A stretch of DNA of 64,000 nt from Candidatus Fermentibacterota bacterium (lineage in GTDB: Bacteria; Fermentibacterota; Fermentibacteria; Fermentibacterales; JCC-6). Where the stretch lies: NCBI GenBank assembly GCA_963845085.1, contig CAWJQI010000004.1:96001-160000 (forward strand). The letters are read 5' to 3'. The position numbers and the translations under genes were made by a program. Numbering within the stretch: the first letter of the stretch is position 1; every line of letters begins with the position of its first letter. Of the stretch, positions 42,075 through 50,362 are shown piece after piece. The notes beneath the pieces were generated by a model. That model worked only from the letters and a program-made list of their open reading frames with translations. It made no database searches and had not been told where the DNA came from.

Positions 42075-42869
42075 TCAGTGGTTTTTCGGCCTGCCGAGCG
42101 TGATGCTGATGCAGCTATCGGGATCGACGCCCCTGTAGGCGGAAAGAAGCCCGCGCAGGGCTCCCTCGAGCGCCCTTGCCGGAAAACCCGTGAGGGGAAC
42201 ACCGATCCCGTCGCTGCGAAGTTCAACCTCCCCCGAGCACTTGTCGGGACAGGATTCACAGCGCGATACCGCTCCGGTGAGTATCCTTACCGCTTCGAGG
42301 GCCATCATTGAAGCAACAAGGCATACCCTTGCGGAAAGCGTTCCCAGGCTGAGCTGGGATGCCCCGTCACCGATCATCACGAGGTTCCTGCGTCTGTCGA
42401 TCGTGACAGATGAGGGGTCACCCATGCCTGCAAGGCCGCTGCACGCGACAACAGGCGTGTCCGGCAGCGCGGAAAGCCAGGCGTTGAGCAGCATCTCCTT
42501 CGATTCATCGAGGTCAAGGGCTTCGACAAGAAGGTCACACCCCGTGAACAGGGAGACCGCGTTGGCCGAATCGATGAGATCCTCCCGGGTTTCAACAACG
42601 GTCCCGGCCTCGATGCCGAGGATCTCCCGCCTGAGGGCTTCGACCTTGCGCATGCCGATATGCTCTGCGAAATAGCACTGACGGTTCAGGTTCCTCTCCT
42701 CGACCCTGTCGAAATCGATGAGAACGAGCCTTCCAACTCCGGCCCTCGCAAGCATGAGGGCGACATTGCTTCCAATCCCGCCGCATCCGGCGATGCCCAC
42801 ACTGGAGCCCGCAAGTTTTTCTCTGAGACCGGCAGGATTGTCCCTGAAAACCTCTTCACCCCTGTTCAA
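42075..42869 (-). CDS. thiF: Sulfur-carrier adenylyltransferase ThiF-like, with C-terminal extension
   Basis: GCGGIGS, LARAGVG, DFD.VE..NLNRQ, EALD, SGLAG. Confidence 0.78.
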   Translation of the reverse strand: MNRGEEVFRDNPAGLREKLAGSSVGIAGCGGIGSNVALMLARAGVGRLVLIDFDRVEERNLNRQCYFAEHIGMRKVEALRREILGIEAGTVVETREDLIDSANAVSLFTGCDLLVEALDLDESKEMLLNAWLSALPDTPVVACSGLAGMGDPSSVTIDRRRNLVMIGDGASQLSLGTLSARVCLVASMMALEAVRILTGAVSRCESCPDKCSGEVELRSDGIGVPLTGFPARALEGALRGLLSAYRGVDPDSCISITLGRPKNH

Positions 42870-42883
42870 GGCGTCCCTCCCAT

Positions 42884-44257
42884 TTACAGCAGAACGAGCC
42901 TCCGAGTGGCAGCCGTTCCGTCGGATCCCCTGTATAGAACGATGTAGGCGCCTCCCGGAAGCTCCCCCATCGGAATGACACTGCTTCCATCCCCGTCTGC
43001 CTGAATACGGGCAACCCTTCTGCCGGCGAGATCGTAGACTTCTATGGTACCCGGGCCTGATGGATGTGACACGGTGACTTCCTGAAAAGCGGGAACCGGA
43101 GACACATGGAGAATTATTGTTGATCCCGCTTCAGGATCCATGCCGGTGTACTGCGGATGCGGCCCGTAGTGGAACCCCATGTCCGCCTGGCCGGCATCGG
43201 TGACCTGGTCGGTCCTGGTCCAGTAAAGGCCCAGGCCCGATCCCGCCGAGGGCTCTGAACCCGCGTCGACACAGGGGCTGTCCTGGGGCTGCCCTGAGGC
43301 AGTCTGGGACAAATAGTACCCGTTGAGGAAGACAGGATTCTCGGAAATGTTGCCGTTCTGACCCGTTCCGTCCGGCAGGTTGCCCCAGTCACCGTCAGGG
43401 TTGCCCCAGATGCAGTTGTGGTTGAACTGCGGATCCCCCCCGCCGTCGATCCACAGTGCGGGTGTGATGTTTCCCGACACGATGCAGTCGTGAACAACCG
43501 CGCTTGAACCGACACGGAAGTAAATGGCGCTTCCCTCGTACAGGGTGGAGTTGCCTGAGAAGGTGCACCAGCCGACGTCAGGATCGGAATAGGCGTAGCA
43601 GTAAAGGCCGGCCCCGTTGTCCCATGCGTAGTTGTCGGCAAAAAGGCAGTTCCAGACGACCGGCGAACTGTGGAACAGGTAAACCCCGCCTCCGTCGTCA
43701 TTCGAGTTGTTGTCCTCGAAAACGCAGGACTGCAGCACGGCGGCGTCGGTGGAGTAGAAGTAGATTCCCGCACCTGACGTGTTGCAGGAGTTCATGTTGA
43801 ACGAGCAGGACACGAAGATTGGCGCCCCCCTCCAAAGGTATGCTGCACCACCGCTGCCCGCATGACAGCCGTTGAACTCGACAGCCGTGATGCTCGGACT
43901 TGCGTAATAGCAGAACAGGCCTCCCCCGAGCTCCGGTGCTGTTCCGCCTGTAACGGTGAATCCCGCGAGCACCGTGCTTCTGTCCAGCGTGTCCGAGGTG
44001 AAGCCGTCGAGATGGATCACCGAGGCTGAAAGCCCATCACCGTTCAGGACCACCGTTTCAGGGTCGGACATGCTGCCGAGAAGCGTAATGCCGTTGTGTG
44101 AGCCGTTCATAAACACCAGGTTTTCCCCGGAGCCCTCATGAACACCGGGCAGGAGAAGAACGGTATCACCCGCTGCGGATGCGTCCAGGGCGTCCTGAAT
44201 GCTTTCCCCCGGGGATACCTGCACAAGACCTGCAAAAACCGCCAGCAGCATGATCAT
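42884..44257 (-). CDS. Secreted right-handed beta-helix (pectin-lyase fold) protein with sorting tail
   Basis: SIQDALD..GDTV, GG(G/A)xY / FxxN repeats, SPCVDAG, DMGFHY, YDLAGR. Confidence 0.82.
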   Translation of the reverse strand: MIMLLAVFAGLVQVSPGESIQDALDASAAGDTVLLLPGVHEGSGENLVFMNGSHNGITLLGSMSDPETVVLNGDGLSASVIHLDGFTSDTLDRSTVLAGFTVTGGTAPELGGGLFCYYASPSITAVEFNGCHAGSGGAAYLWRGAPIFVSCSFNMNSCNTSGAGIYFYSTDAAVLQSCVFEDNNSNDDGGGVYLFHSSPVVWNCLFADNYAWDNGAGLYCYAYSDPDVGWCTFSGNSTLYEGSAIYFRVGSSAVVHDCIVSGNITPALWIDGGGDPQFNHNCIWGNPDGDWGNLPDGTGQNGNISENPVFLNGYYLSQTASGQPQDSPCVDAGSEPSAGSGLGLYWTRTDQVTDAGQADMGFHYGPHPQYTGMDPEAGSTIILHVSPVPAFQEVTVSHPSGPGTIEVYDLAGRRVARIQADGDGSSVIPMGELPGGAYIVLYRGSDGTAATRRLVLL

Positions 44258-45669
44258 CTCAGCACGACCGTTCCGGCCACGGCCACACCATTCGCCCCGG
44301 TGCAGCGGATGAACAGGATCCCCGCCGGGATCCCGCCCGGTACCGTCCAGGCGGTCTCGACCTCCCCACTGCACGTTACATCACCAATATCGGCGAGCAG
44401 CCTGCCGTAGAGGTCGAAGGCGGCGAGGTGAACGGCTATGGAATCGATGGAACTGATCCGTATCGTCAGCGAGCCTGTGCTCGGGCAGGGATAAAGCCCG
44501 AGTTGAAAGGGTTCCGGCTGCGGGTCCGGTGACCACAGCAAGGCAAATGGGTTGAAGTGGTACCCCATGTCGGCGGTGTTCTGGTCCGGAATGCTGTCGG
44601 TACGGGTGGAGAACCAATCGACCGGGCTTCCCGCAGCCGGAACATGACCGGCATCGAAGCAGGGGCTGTCAAGCGGCTGGCCGGAGGACAACTGTGACAG
44701 CCTGAGCAGGCTGTCGGCGTAAAGGGGGTCTTCCGAGATGTTCCCGAACGAGCCCGTGGGATCTTCCATGTTGACGTAGTTCGCATACTCGTTGTCCCAG
44801 ACGCAGCAGTGACTTACAAAAACCGATTCGTCGCTGTTCTTGCGCTGCACACCGCCCTTGCCCTGGCTGTGGGTCACCAGGCACGATTCAAGGGCAAGGC
44901 TGTCAGCCGACGATACAAGGATCCCTCCTCCGTCGTCGTTGCAGGAGTTGTCATGCAGGGTGCAGAACTGCATGAAAAGCCTTCCCCGGAGATGCATCAC
45001 GCCCCCTCCGTCATCACCGGCCTGATTGCCGTGCAGAAGGACGTTCCTTGCCGTTGTGTCACCGAGGTAGGCGTAGATCCCTCCTCCATCGTCCTCGCTT
45101 GTGTTCCAGCATACCGATGAGTGCTCGAGGAGTGCGTCACTTCCATAGAAGCACACACCTCCGCCCGACACCAGGGCGAGGTTGTTCTGCACGACCATGC
45201 CCGTCAGGGAGGGAGCACCCCCCTCCGCGAAGATACCGCCCCCCATGAGGGCGCTGTTGTCTTCGACAGTGCAGTACGAAACGGTGCAGGATGCATTGGC
45301 CATGCACAGCCCGCCTCCGCCGAACCACTGGCCCGAGACGGGGTTCCCACCGGTGAGGGTAAGGTGCCTCAGCACGGTGTCATCTCCGAGAGGGCCCTGC
45401 AGTACGATAACGGGACGATTGTACCCGGCGCCGTCAAGGATCGCGGGGCTGATTGAGTCCGACATTATCACGACGCCGTCGTTTTCTGGAAGGACGTGCA
45501 GCAGCGGGAGGTCATCGGCCCTCGTGTAGGTTCCGGTATTGAAGTACAACGTGTCACCCGCGCCAAGGGCCTGAAGGCTGTCCTGGAAGGCATCGCCGGG
45601 CCACACTTCAACCCTCGAGGCGACCGCGAGGGCACTCGGAATGATAACCAGCAGGAACAGCCACCTCAT
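44254..45669 (-). CDS. Secreted right-handed beta-helix protein, paralog of the downstream gene
   Basis: GGGI repeats, GNISEDP, SPCFDAG, DMGYHF, FDLYGR. Confidence 0.82.
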   Translation of the reverse strand: MRWLFLLVIIPSALAVASRVEVWPGDAFQDSLQALGAGDTLYFNTGTYTRADDLPLLHVLPENDGVVIMSDSISPAILDGAGYNRPVIVLQGPLGDDTVLRHLTLTGGNPVSGQWFGGGGLCMANASCTVSYCTVEDNSALMGGGIFAEGGAPSLTGMVVQNNLALVSGGGVCFYGSDALLEHSSVCWNTSEDDGGGIYAYLGDTTARNVLLHGNQAGDDGGGVMHLRGRLFMQFCTLHDNSCNDDGGGILVSSADSLALESCLVTHSQGKGGVQRKNSDESVFVSHCCVWDNEYANYVNMEDPTGSFGNISEDPLYADSLLRLSQLSSGQPLDSPCFDAGHVPAAGSPVDWFSTRTDSIPDQNTADMGYHFNPFALLWSPDPQPEPFQLGLYPCPSTGSLTIRISSIDSIAVHLAAFDLYGRLLADIGDVTCSGEVETAWTVPGGIPAGILFIRCTGANGVAVAGTVVLR

Positions 45670-47837
45670 GGAGCACCACCTGTCTTGATGAATCGGAGAG
45701 CCCTCTGCATGCCTGCATATGAAATCTGGAGGAAGTACACGCCTGAAGGAAGGGCTTCCACTTCGACAGCAACCGAATGAGTGCCTGCATTCAGGTCCAG
45801 TTCAAGGGGGGGCATCGCTTCCCTCCCGGCCAGGTCGAACACCCTCAGAACACATGCCCCCCCGGGATATACAAGAACCGATGCCGATGCGAAACTTGTG
45901 GCAGGGTTCGGATGGAGGGAAAAGAGATCAAGGGTGTAATCCGGTGTCCAGGGCGGATCGGAGCTGTTGGACAGCCCCGGAGTGCCTCCGTCCGGGATCG
46001 CCGTCCAGGAGGCGGGATCCGAGTTATCCCTTTCCGGGCTCGAAAGGGCGAGACTCCACCCGCCGTCCGCCGGTTCCGACGGCCAGGGATGGAAAGGAAG
46101 ATAGGGAACGTAGTCGACCTGATTGCCAAGGTGGTCGTAGAGCCTGAGTATCTCGCCTTCGGCAGAGAGCCCGAACTGAAAGGGATCAGGGTCGGCATTG
46201 CAATCACGATATGTGTTGATGAACGCTTCGGGGTTCTGCCGCAGCACAAGGTATGCGCCGGGGTCAAGCACGATGTCGCTTATCACGTGGAGGTTCCTGT
46301 CCTGCGTGTCCCGAAATGCCCAGCCACCAAGATCAACGGCTTCGGCCCCGGCATTGTAAAGCTCCACCCAGTCATCGGGGGCGATCAGGTCGCCGTTCCT
46401 GTAAAACACCTCGTTTATTACGATGCTGCCGGTTCTTGCGACAACAGGTGATGGTGCGAGGCGAACCGATCTGTTGAGGGCCCTCTCCTCCCTGAACGTG
46501 TTGTACGCCCTCACCTGAAGGTAGGTTATCGAGCCGGGGCCGGCGCCGGGGTCATGGATCAGGATCGAGGTGTCGCCAGTCTCGGTCTCCCAGAATACCG
46601 CGGACTCGTCAAGGAATGTCGAATCCGTGGACAGGCTTACCCTGTACCGGGAGGATCGCTCAGCATCCGACCATGTTGCGAGGATCTCATCCGGATCGTA
46701 CTGCTCGGTCGGGTGGAGGAGGAATGGAAGCGGCCAGGAAGCGAGCATCTCCTCAAGCGCTGAAAGCCTTGCTGCCGGCCAGTTCCTGATCACGTCAACA
46801 GAAGCCTCGAACTGGGCCATGGAGTAGTCCCGAAAGGGATCGACCTGTACAAGAGGTTGCGCCAGGGCTGCCAGCGAATCGATCACACCGCCTGCGGACC
46901 AGGCGAGAAACTCCGAAGACCGCTCTTCGAGCCTTTCCAGAATGAGCTCCCTCAGGTGCGGAATCGCCCACAGACGGTACAGAAGGACATTGGGTTCGCA
47001 GGAATCGTTCGTCACCCAGTAGTAGGGCAGGTCCGTTCCGTACGCCGACCCCCATGTCTTGTCCATGTCCCAGGGGACCATCCTCCATCTGCCGAAGGTT
47101 CCCGGTGCGTCCAGCACCATGTGGTAGTTGTGGTAGTACGTGCTGCCATGACCGAGGAGCGTATTCGCTGCAATGCAGTCCAGAAGGGCGTCGAAGTGCG
47201 TCCTGCCCGCCAGGTCACCGACGAACACGCTGTCGGGGCAGGTGAGCAGCCAGCGTATGAGCCATTCCAGATCATCGGTTGGAAGGTCCTCGAATGTTTT
47301 CTTGAGGTAACGGTTCAGGACGTGAGGGGAGTTGAGGGAGGATCCGTATTCCCTGCATTTGTAGATGACCGCATCGTCAGGCAGCCATGTTCTGAGCGCG
47401 AAGTCGCCGTCCACGTCCTCGACGAACAGGTAGGGGCCCTGGGTGGCGCCGTTGTACACAACCTCGGTCATGGCGACAAAAGGAACGATCTGTCCGCAGT
47501 ATTCGTGAAAAAGGTAGGACAGGTTCTCCCTGATCCTGCTTCTATCAGTGTACTCGGTGTTGAGGTTCAGCTCGTCGAAGCCGTGCAGGAGAAAACCCGG
47601 TGCAAGTCTCACCTTGATCGACTTTTTGGGATAGTAACTGCTGCTCTGTCCCCTGATCTGCATCGTGCACCCGCATGACAGGGAACCGGACGAGAGGGCT
47701 GCATCGACGAGTATCTCCTGGTCAGGATGGGCGCAGGCAAATGCCCACTCCTCGGGATCGAACTCCAGGGAAATCGTCACCACGGTATCCGGCCATGCGG
47801 ATACCGCTGACAGAAGAACGAGCATCATCGCAGCCAT
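45666..47837 (-). CDS. CotH-family kinase-like protein with lamin-tail domain and sorting tail
   Basis: IRGQSS..PKKS, HNY, PWDMD; INEV..DWVELYN..GTPG lamin tail; PNP..FDLAGR..GVYF. Confidence 0.85.
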   Translation of the reverse strand: MAAMMLVLLSAVSAWPDTVVTISLEFDPEEWAFACAHPDQEILVDAALSSGSLSCGCTMQIRGQSSSYYPKKSIKVRLAPGFLLHGFDELNLNTEYTDRSRIRENLSYLFHEYCGQIVPFVAMTEVVYNGATQGPYLFVEDVDGDFALRTWLPDDAVIYKCREYGSSLNSPHVLNRYLKKTFEDLPTDDLEWLIRWLLTCPDSVFVGDLAGRTHFDALLDCIAANTLLGHGSTYYHNYHMVLDAPGTFGRWRMVPWDMDKTWGSAYGTDLPYYWVTNDSCEPNVLLYRLWAIPHLRELILERLEERSSEFLAWSAGGVIDSLAALAQPLVQVDPFRDYSMAQFEASVDVIRNWPAARLSALEEMLASWPLPFLLHPTEQYDPDEILATWSDAERSSRYRVSLSTDSTFLDESAVFWETETGDTSILIHDPGAGPGSITYLQVRAYNTFREERALNRSVRLAPSPVVARTGSIVINEVFYRNGDLIAPDDWVELYNAGAEAVDLGGWAFRDTQDRNLHVISDIVLDPGAYLVLRQNPEAFINTYRDCNADPDPFQFGLSAEGEILRLYDHLGNQVDYVPYLPFHPWPSEPADGGWSLALSSPERDNSDPASWTAIPDGGTPGLSNSSDPPWTPDYTLDLFSLHPNPATSFASASVLVYPGGACVLRVFDLAGREAMPPLELDLNAGTHSVAVEVEALPSGVYFLQISYAGMQRALRFIKTGGAP

Positions 47838-50362
47838 ATCATTCTTCCCGCGCTTGTGTCACCTGCTGAACTCACAACAAGAAAATACACTCCCGAGGGC
47901 AGTCCGGGGGGCGGCTCGAGGGAGTACTCTTCCACACCCGGCTCAAGCATGCCAATATCGTGCACCACCCTTCCCGCCAGGTCGACAAGAAGCGCTGATA
48001 CAGGGCTGTCGACGGCTGATACCGAGAAGTAGACCCGGTCATGCCCGGCTGGAACAGGATGGATGCAGCGCAATTCCAGCGGCTCGGAGACATGCAGGTC
48101 CCAGGAGGCGTTCGGTGAACCCGGAGTGCCGGGATACATGACAACCTCCCATGATTCTGCATTCTTCGGGTCCTTGTCCGGACCAATAAGGGAGAGTACC
48201 GCATCTGATGCGTCCGCCCATGGGAGTTCCGACCCGAAGGTCAACAGGTTGGAGGTAGAACCTGTACGGCTGATGAAACGAAGTGTTTCACCTTCCGCTG
48301 AAAGGTCGAAGCCAAGTGCGGTCACACCACACTGAAGCCTCGGGTGAGCGAGGAGGAACGACTGCGGGCTGGATGCAAGGATGAGGTATCCGCCGGGAGG
48401 AATCCCGGTCCCTGCGGGAAGCACCGTGAACCCTTCTCCGGAGTCGGATATCCCGGTGAGGGACAGGTCCAGCCATCTCCCGTCAGGGTTGTGGAGCTCA
48501 ATCCAATCGCCCGAGCCCGCGCACTGCGGCTGTGAGTAGCACAGTTCGGTCAGAAGCGGGATGCAGTTGCCGATTCGGAGAAGTCTTTCCCCTGGCGGAA
48601 CCAAGTGAGTGGTGGCCGGGGTCCATGAAGGATCGCAGATCATGACAACCGATGAAGAAACGGAAGGAGCGGCGCAGTCACCTGCTGCTTTCCTCCCTGA
48701 AAGCGTAAGCGAAAAGGCATCGAGATCGTTGGTTACGAACAGTGTTTCTCCAGGCGCGAGCAGCAGGCTGTCCGGGAAGAAAACGCTGTAAGGCGGATCG
48801 CCCAGCACAGCCTGACAGAGAGAAAGATCCATCGTTGTGCAACTCTCGTTCACCATGGGAAGAGCCCAGAGGGAAGGTCCCAGGCGTATCTGGGTTCCAG
48901 GAAGGAGCATTTCCACTTCAGGTTCCGCGTCAACACGAACAACCGAGGGAAGCGCTTCGTTTCCATAGGTATTCCCGTATATCCCGTATGAAGGATAATA
49001 AATTGTAGGGGTCGGTTCAGGCAGATTGGCCTGACGATAGTAAACAAGGAAACGCATTGACTCTTCGAATGCTGCCAGAGCTGCAATCCCGGCAGTCCAC
49101 TCCCTGCCTCCTGACCCTTGAACCTGATGCATTTCAAGTTCTTCGGGATCATCATTATCAGGAACAACATAAAGCGTGCACCACGCAAGAGAATCTGAAG
49201 AAGAGAAGTTCACCGCGAGAATCCGGTCATCCGGAGTAACCCATCCCGGTTCGATGGACAGGGAAGTGAACTCGGGAGGGTTGTGATGCACCGACAGTTC
49301 GCGCACGACGGCGGAACGCTCCGTGATGAACAGCCTGAGGGAGTCGCAGGCCGATTCGAAATCCGCCGGAGTTCCCTGTCTGAGAGGATCCTGATACACA
49401 TCAGCCCTGATGCTGTTTCTGATCGAATCCAGACTCATCGGCAGTTCGTTCTCAAGAATATCTGCCGCCCTTTCCAGGTCCTGACCGAATTGTTCTCTAT
49501 GGCTGCACTCCGCGAGCGCTCTTGGGAATAGCGAGTTCATGTACATGGGCTGGTAGTAAACTGCTTCGACCCTTGCGAAGTCGAACAACCCCCTCCAGTC
49601 ATTCCCGAAGGATGCGTCGTGGTCCCATGGATAGTACCTCCACACCCCGTCCACACCGAGAATCAGAAAGTAGTTTTTCACGCAGCAGTCCATGTCAAAG
49701 ATTGCAAGGTTCGCTGCCATATTCCCAACGAAGGATTCCACTTCGAAACGGCCTTCATATTCGCCGCCACGGCATACATCCCCGATGAGCCGTACAAGCT
49801 CCGGAATACCGTACTCGTCACCGCTCCTGCATTCAAAACCATCATCGGGCGGGTGCCCGGAGAGGAACGGAACCAATCTTGCCTGACTTCCCACAGCCTT
49901 GAACACCGCACCATCGGGCAGGCCGTTCCTTGCAAGGAAGTCATCATCCACGCGTTCAGTCTCAAGGTACACACCCATGTTGGAGCCGTTGATGGAGAGC
50001 GTGACATGTCTGGTCATCGGAGCCGGGTACCCCATCCGCCTGACCAGTTCCATTGCCAGGTGGTTCCGCATCATGCTCAAATCCCTGTAATGAGCGTCGA
50101 GGAGCAGTTCGCAGCGTCCGATCATGCCTTCATCGAACAACTCCATTCGCCAGGATTTCTTCGGCAGCTCAAGCGATGTGCTCCCGCGAAAGCCCACCAT
50201 GCAGTCGCACTCCCCGGAAGGACAGGATATGTGTGCCGGGTAGGTCGTTTCCGTCTCCGGATACCCGTAAAGCGCTTCAAGATCCTCGGGAGCCATCGTC
50301 ACCTCGTAATGCCAGAGGTCCCCGGTCAGAATGACGGCAATCAGCAGCATCATCGCAGCCAT
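47825..50362 (-). CDS. CotH-family kinase with lamin-tail domain and sorting tail
   Basis: FRGSTS..PKKS, YRDLSMMRN, DCCVKNY, PWDHD; TELCY..DWIELHN..GTPG. Confidence 0.87.
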   Translation of the reverse strand: MAAMMLLIAVILTGDLWHYEVTMAPEDLEALYGYPETETTYPAHISCPSGECDCMVGFRGSTSLELPKKSWRMELFDEGMIGRCELLLDAHYRDLSMMRNHLAMELVRRMGYPAPMTRHVTLSINGSNMGVYLETERVDDDFLARNGLPDGAVFKAVGSQARLVPFLSGHPPDDGFECRSGDEYGIPELVRLIGDVCRGGEYEGRFEVESFVGNMAANLAIFDMDCCVKNYFLILGVDGVWRYYPWDHDASFGNDWRGLFDFARVEAVYYQPMYMNSLFPRALAECSHREQFGQDLERAADILENELPMSLDSIRNSIRADVYQDPLRQGTPADFESACDSLRLFITERSAVVRELSVHHNPPEFTSLSIEPGWVTPDDRILAVNFSSSDSLAWCTLYVVPDNDDPEELEMHQVQGSGGREWTAGIAALAAFEESMRFLVYYRQANLPEPTPTIYYPSYGIYGNTYGNEALPSVVRVDAEPEVEMLLPGTQIRLGPSLWALPMVNESCTTMDLSLCQAVLGDPPYSVFFPDSLLLAPGETLFVTNDLDAFSLTLSGRKAAGDCAAPSVSSSVVMICDPSWTPATTHLVPPGERLLRIGNCIPLLTELCYSQPQCAGSGDWIELHNPDGRWLDLSLTGISDSGEGFTVLPAGTGIPPGGYLILASSPQSFLLAHPRLQCGVTALGFDLSAEGETLRFISRTGSTSNLLTFGSELPWADASDAVLSLIGPDKDPKNAESWEVVMYPGTPGSPNASWDLHVSEPLELRCIHPVPAGHDRVYFSVSAVDSPVSALLVDLAGRVVHDIGMLEPGVEEYSLEPPPGLPSGVYFLVVSSAGDTSAGRMIWLR

